A DNA stretch of 64,000 nt. It comes from an uncultured Chloroflexia bacterium (GTDB taxonomy: Bacteria; Chloroflexota; Limnocylindria; Limnocylindrales; CSP1-4). Of this stretch, positions 59,923 to 64,000 are shown piece by piece. Under the pieces are notes generated by a model, which made no database searches, had not been told where the DNA came from, and saw only the letters and a program-made list of their open reading frames with translations. Position 1 is the stretch's first letter. The number at the start of each line of letters is the position of its first letter. The position numbers were made by a program, and so were the translations under genes. The DNA lies in contig CAVVJT010000003.1 of assembly GCA_963748625.1 (NCBI GenBank), positions 192,001 through 256,000 of the forward strand. Direction: 5' to 3'.

Positions 59923-60797
59923 AGCGCGAGCGCCTTGCGGGTCATCTGGACGGCCGTGTAGACGAGCACCGCCACGAAGACCCAGCGCAGGACGTTGATC
60001 GGAATGCGGTGCGCGATACGCGGGCCGGTGGAGGCACCGACGAACACGCCCAGGGCGATCGGGCCGGCGATGAACGGATCGATCTCGCCGTGCACCGCGT
60101 AGATGACCGCGGACGACACGGCCGTGATGCCCATCATCATGTTGCTGGTGGCCGCCGACACCCGCAGTGGAACGCCCATGCCGACGTGCATCAGCGGGAC
60201 CTTGATGATCCCTCCGCCGACACCCAGCAGCGCCGAGTTCACGCCGGCGACGACCGAGCCCGCCATCCCGAGAGGCAGGCTGTGCACCCGGTAGCCGGAG
60301 CCCGAGAGCGCACCAAGGAAGGTGCCATCTGCCGCCGGGGCCTCGAGGGCCGGGGCGTTGTCGGGTGCCGCGGCGGCGGATGCAGCTCTCGTGTCCCCGC
60401 TGCCCTCGGGAGCGACCGGCTCATCCTTCCGGGCAGGCTCGCGGCGGCGTGCCATGGTGACCGCCGTCCAGACGAGCAGGATGGTGAACAGCCCCGCGAT
60501 GACCTGCTCGTCGAGCACGAAGGCGAGCAGGCCGCCGGCGAGCGCGCCGACGGCCGAGAAGAGCTCGAGGGTCATGCCCAGCCGCAAGTTGGCGACGTGG
60601 CGCTCCAGGTACACCGCCGTTGAGGCGCTGGAGGTCACGACCACGGCGACCAGTGAGATCGCCACGGCCTCACGCAGGGGCAGCCCGAAGCCGAGGGTCA
60701 TGATCGGCACCAGGAGAATCCCGCCACCGAGGCCCAGCAGTGAGCCGAACAGGCCCGCGGCAGCTCCTCCGGCCAGCAGGATCAGGCCGACCGTCAC
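59919..60797 (-). CDS. TauE/SafE sulfite exporter family protein
   Basis: Two GLGGG/GVGGG..VP repeats; multi-TM. Confidence 0.9.
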   Translation of the reverse strand: MTVGLILLAGGAAAGLFGSLLGLGGGILLVPIMTLGFGLPLREAVAISLVAVVVTSSASTAVYLERHVANLRLGMTLELFSAVGALAGGLLAFVLDEQVIAGLFTILLVWTAVTMARRREPARKDEPVAPEGSGDTRAASAAAAPDNAPALEAPAADGTFLGALSGSGYRVHSLPLGMAGSVVAGVNSALLGVGGGIIKVPLMHVGMGVPLRVSAATSNMMMGITAVSSAVIYAVHGEIDPFIAGPIALGVFVGASTGPRIAHRIPINVLRWVFVAVLVYTAVQMTRKALAL

Positions 60798-60854
60798 CGG
60801 GAGGCTGGGGCGCCGTTCGGCACCCCGCGTCCCCCGCCGAGGCGGTTCACAGCG

Positions 60855-61118
60855 CTATGGGCGCAGGTGCTGCGGCGCGTACGGGAGCAGCGCCACGTGG
60901 CGAGCCCGCTTGAGCGCGACCGACAGTTCACGCTGGTGCGCGGCGCAGGTCCCGGTCTTGCGGCGCGGCTCGATCTTGGCGCGCTCGGAGAGATAGCGGC
61001 GGAGGCGGTTGACCTCCTTGTAGTCGATCGAGACGGTCTTGTCGGCACAGAAGGAGCAGACCTTCCGGCGCCGGCGATCGCGGTAGTAGTCGTCGCGCTT
61101 CTTCATGCGGGGCGGCAT
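60855..61118 (-). CDS. rpsR: 30S ribosomal protein S18 (Zn-binding form)
   Basis: [26 protein letters not shown]. Confidence 0.97.
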   Translation of the reverse strand: MPPRMKKRDDYYRDRRRRKVCSFCADKTVSIDYKEVNRLRRYLSERAKIEPRRKTGTCAAHQRELSVALKRARHVALLPYAPQHLRP

Positions 61119-61182
61119 TGGGTATCTCCTGTGATGTGCGGGCCAGGCCCGCGGAGCGGCCGGTCAGGCCGCGGAAGGTTCG

Positions 61183-61665
61183 TCAGAAGGGGAGGTCGTC
61201 GAAGTCGTCGTCGCGTGACGCCGGCGCGGGGGCCGGTGCCTGCGGGCGCGTGGGGCGGACGGGTTCACCGCCGCCGGCACCGCCGGGCTGCGCAGCGAAC
61301 GAGCCTGGACCGGGATCGCCGTCAGTCGCCTGGCGCCGCTCGAGGCCCACCACGTTGTCAGCGGTGATCTCGAGCGAGACGCGCTTCTGGCCTTCGCGGG
61401 TCTCGTACTCGCGGGTCCGGAACCGGCCCTCGACGAACACGCTGTTGCCCTTGCGCAGGGTCTCGGCGGTCCGCTCGGCGCGGTCACCCCAGACGGTGAC
61501 GCGGTACCAGTCCGTGGCCTCGATCCATTCGCCCGTCTGCTGGTTCTTCGTGCTCTGGTTCACCGCCACGGTGAACTCGGTCACGGGACGCCCGTTGGGC
61601 GTGTACCGCATCTCGGGGTCACGGCCGAGGTTGCCGATGATCATCGCCTTCGCGAACGACGCCAT
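61183..61665 (-). CDS. ssb: Single-stranded DNA-binding protein
   Basis: GNLGRDPEMRYT, VEGRF, C-terminal DDLPF. Confidence 0.97.
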   Translation of the reverse strand: MASFAKAMIIGNLGRDPEMRYTPNGRPVTEFTVAVNQSTKNQQTGEWIEATDWYRVTVWGDRAERTAETLRKGNSVFVEGRFRTREYETREGQKRVSLEITADNVVGLERRQATDGDPGPGSFAAQPGGAGGGEPVRPTRPQAPAPAPASRDDDFDDLPF

Positions 61666-61680
61666 CGCCGGCTCCTCTCG

Positions 61681-62112
61681 TCAGTCGATGGCCGCGGGCG
61701 CGGCCTCGGTCTCGGATTCGTCGATCTGCTCGCCGGGATCCTCGTCCTCGTCGTCCTCGGCCGGCGGAAGGTCAGGATCGATGTCCTCACCCTCGCCCGA
61801 GGCCGCATCGCGGCGCGACTTGACCGGCTTGATCACCCGGGTCACGAGGGACCGCAGCACGTCCTCGGTGATCTGGAGGCTGCGCTCGAGCTCGGCGATG
61901 GCCTCGGCCGGGGACTCGAAGACCACGATGTGGTACGAGCCCTCGCGGTGGCGATCGATGGGATACGCGAGGCGGCGGCGTCCCCAGGGAGCGACCTTGA
62001 CGATCTGCCCGCCCGCGGCGACGACGTAGCGCGTGGTGCGGTCGATGACCGCGGCAGCCCGCTCATCCGGCACATCCGGCCGGAGGACGAGCATGAGTTC
62101 ATAGCGGCGCAC
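61681..62112 (-). CDS. rpsF: 30S ribosomal protein S6 with acidic tail
   Basis: RRYELMLVLRP, WGRRRLAYPI, VLRSL; GTG after SD AAGGAG. Confidence 0.96.
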   Translation of the reverse strand: MRRYELMLVLRPDVPDERAAAVIDRTTRYVVAAGGQIVKVAPWGRRRLAYPIDRHREGSYHIVVFESPAEAIAELERSLQITEDVLRSLVTRVIKPVKSRRDAASGEGEDIDPDLPPAEDDEDEDPGEQIDESETEAAPAAID

Positions 62113-62184
62113 GGCCTGCTCTACTCCTTCCAATGGGATTCGCCCCGCTGACGGCATGCCGATGCGGAGCCGAAAGGCCACGGG

Positions 62185-62193
62185 AGGATAGCA
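62185..62193 (-). promoter_or_regulatory. Extended -10 of rpsF-ssb-rpsR
   Basis: TGC-TATCCT on minus strand about 73 nt upstream of the start codon. Confidence 0.5.
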
Positions 62194-62323
62194 CGGGCGC
62201 CCGTGAGGACCTGGCGTGACCGCTCTTCCTGTGTCAAGGCTGATCGTGCCCCTTGGCTCCGCCCGTGTATTCTTCCGCCGACGGTACGCCCGGACGGGAT
62301 CGGGCGCCTTCCCTGGGGGCTCC

Positions 62324-63529
62324 GTGCAGCTGTCCATCCTTCTCCTCGCATCCGACCGCAGCGCAGCGCAGGCATTGGCAGACCCGCTGGCTGCGGGCGG
62401 CCACGGCGTCTCGGTCGTGACCTCGCCCGCGGAGCTCGCGGTGGCGGCTGGTGGCTACAGCCTGGTCATCGCTGACCGCGCCGGGGCCGCGGGAACGCCC
62501 GCAGAGACGATTGCGCTGCTCAAGGCCTCGCCGTCGACCGCCACGCTGCCCCTGCTTGCCGTCGCCCAGACCTCGAGCGTGGAGGAGCAGATCGCCCTCC
62601 TCGAGGCCGGAGCGGACGAGGTGATCACACGGCCCTTCACGTCGGCAGAGCTGCTGGCCCGCATCGAGGCGATGACGCTGAGCGCGGCAGGGGCGTCAGG
62701 CGCCAGCTCGGGCAGGGGTATCGGCGACCCTGGCGGCAAGCGGGTCATCGCGGTCTTCTCCCCCAAGGGCGGCGTGGGGACGACCACCATCGCCTGCAAC
62801 CTCGCGCTGCTCGCCGCCGAGCGTCACAAGAACCGCACCCTGCTCATGGACCTCGACCTGTCGTTCGGCCAGGTCGCGTCGCACCTGAACCTCCAGCCGC
62901 GCCAGACGCTCTTCGACCTTGCCCGCGACGACATGGCGCTCCACGACGCTGACCTGTTCCGCACGTATACGATCCAGCTCGCCAGCGGCCTCCACGTGCT
63001 GGCCGCGCCGCCGTCCCCAGCCCTCGCGACCACGGTCAAGGCCACGCATGTCGAGCTGGCCCTGGCGCGGGCGCTCGAGGCCTACGACGTTGTGGTCATC
63101 GACTCCGGCACAGCCATGGACGAGCGGCACACCGACGTCTATGGACGCGCGGATACCGTGCTGATCCCCGTGCTGCCCGAGGTCCCGGCACTCAATGCCG
63201 TCCGCCTCCTGATCGAGCAGCTGTCCGAGACGGGGCAGCTTGGGGCCCAGACGCTGTTCGTGCTCAACAACGTCTTCGCCCGTGAGCTGCTCAAGCGCGC
63301 TGACGTGGAAGCGGTCCTGGGCGCCAAGATCGCGGCCGACCTCCCGTATGACCCGATCGCGTACCTCAAGGCCGCCAACGAGGGCGTGCCGGTGGTCCTC
63401 GGCGCTTCCAAGTCGATCCCGGCGGAGCGTTTCCGGGTCCTTGCCGACGTCGTTCTCGGAACGGTGGCGGCCGCGGCCCCCGTGGAGCCCCCGAAGAAGG
63501 AGAAGCGGGGCCTCTTCGGCCGCCGTTAG
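62324..63529 (+). CDS. CpaE/TadZ-like protein: atypical receiver domain plus MinD/ParA-type ATPase
   Basis: LEAGADEVITRPF receiver; FSPKGGVGTTT, DLDLSFG, AANEGVP; C-terminal KRGLFGRR. Confidence 0.85.
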   Translation: MQLSILLLASDRSAAQALADPLAAGGHGVSVVTSPAELAVAAGGYSLVIADRAGAAGTPAETIALLKASPSTATLPLLAVAQTSSVEEQIALLEAGADEVITRPFTSAELLARIEAMTLSAAGASGASSGRGIGDPGGKRVIAVFSPKGGVGTTTIACNLALLAAERHKNRTLLMDLDLSFGQVASHLNLQPRQTLFDLARDDMALHDADLFRTYTIQLASGLHVLAAPPSPALATTVKATHVELALARALEAYDVVVIDSGTAMDERHTDVYGRADTVLIPVLPEVPALNAVRLLIEQLSETGQLGAQTLFVLNNVFARELLKRADVEAVLGAKIAADLPYDPIAYLKAANEGVPVVLGASKSIPAERFRVLADVVLGTVAAAAPVEPPKKEKRGLFGRR

Positions 63530-63669
63530 GCCCGCTCGGCCCGGCGGGGCCTCAGCCGGATCCCGCGCCGGGTTGCTACCGACCCGCTGCTCGATTGCAG
63601 TCGTGGCTGATGCTGCAGTTCTGCTGGAGCTCGGCGGCGCTGATGGCGGCCCCTGCGCCGGACGAGGAG

Positions 63670-63755
63670 TGGTCCCGGGAGTGGGAGTCGAACCCACATG
63701 ACCTCTCGGTCCCTCGTGTTTAAGACGAGTGCGTCTGCCGTTTCGCCATCCCGGG
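63670..63755 (-). tRNA. tRNA-Leu (anticodon UAA)
   Basis: CCCGGGA acceptor / TCCCGGG-A-CCA; anticodon arm CTCGT-CTTAAAC-ACGAG; long variable arm; T arm GTGGG-TTCGACT-CCCAC. Confidence 0.95.
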
Positions 63756-64000
63756 CAGTGCCAAGTCTATGTCCGTGCTAATTCGGATCTGGCCTCTTGG
63801 CGTATGACGTGCCGCCGCGATCGACGAGCGAAGGCCCCCTGCTTGCCCTGCGGATCCGTCCGGCGGTCGAGTGGCAGTCGGGCCACAGGACGCCCAGCGC
63901 GCCCCGCGCGGGGCGACCGTAGAACAGGCCCAGGCGTCAAAGCCGATCAAGCGGCGGCGGGTGAGCGAGCAGGTCGGATGGCGGGAGCCTCCCGGGAGGC

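Noticed and set aside
62217-62236. Further copy of the TGAC/GTCA repeat
   Set aside because: Spacing is N12, not N10, and there is no partner palindrome 95 bp away
63530-64000. Genomic island integrated at tRNA-Leu
   Set aside because: No integrase and no duplicated tRNA 3' end seen in the window

Overview
High-GC bacterial chromosomal core region; gene order and protein features are most consistent with a Chloroflexota-type genome (inference). Almost all genes lie on the minus strand: rpsF-ssb-rpsR, TauE/DUF1634/cation antiporter, ilvE, ileS-lspA-rluD-gmk-priA, def-fmt-rlmN-rpe-dtd, asp23-DAK2-recG-rsmD-coaD, yceD-rpmF-plsX-asp23-nusB-acpP-rnc-smc-ftsY, ffh-rpsP-khpA-rimM-trmD-rplS, rnhB-yraN, rpsB-tsf-pyrH-frr-uppS-cdsA-dxr-rseP-ispG, GIDE-LemA and nusA-ylxR-infB, plus tRNA-Leu(UAA). 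Accessory items are a Phd-VapC toxin-antitoxin pair, an MFS transporter, PhzF, DUF1269, several ORFans and a 1012-bp internally deleted IS1595-family element carrying a passenger gene. The most striking unexplained structure is a dispersed 112-113 bp intergenic element present three times (13510-13621, 15338-15450, 40585-41717). It consists of two 18-bp TGAC-N10-GTCA palindromes about 95 bp apart. The IS1595 derivative has inserted exactly into the centre of one of these palindromes with an 8-bp duplication. Other notable points are a small acidic gene between smc and ftsY that repeats FtsY's N-terminal motifs, a GVHH (swapped HIGH) type-2 IleRS, an RNase HII lacking the GRG motif, non-canonical start codons, many apparently leaderless genes and numerous tandem-repeat expansions.
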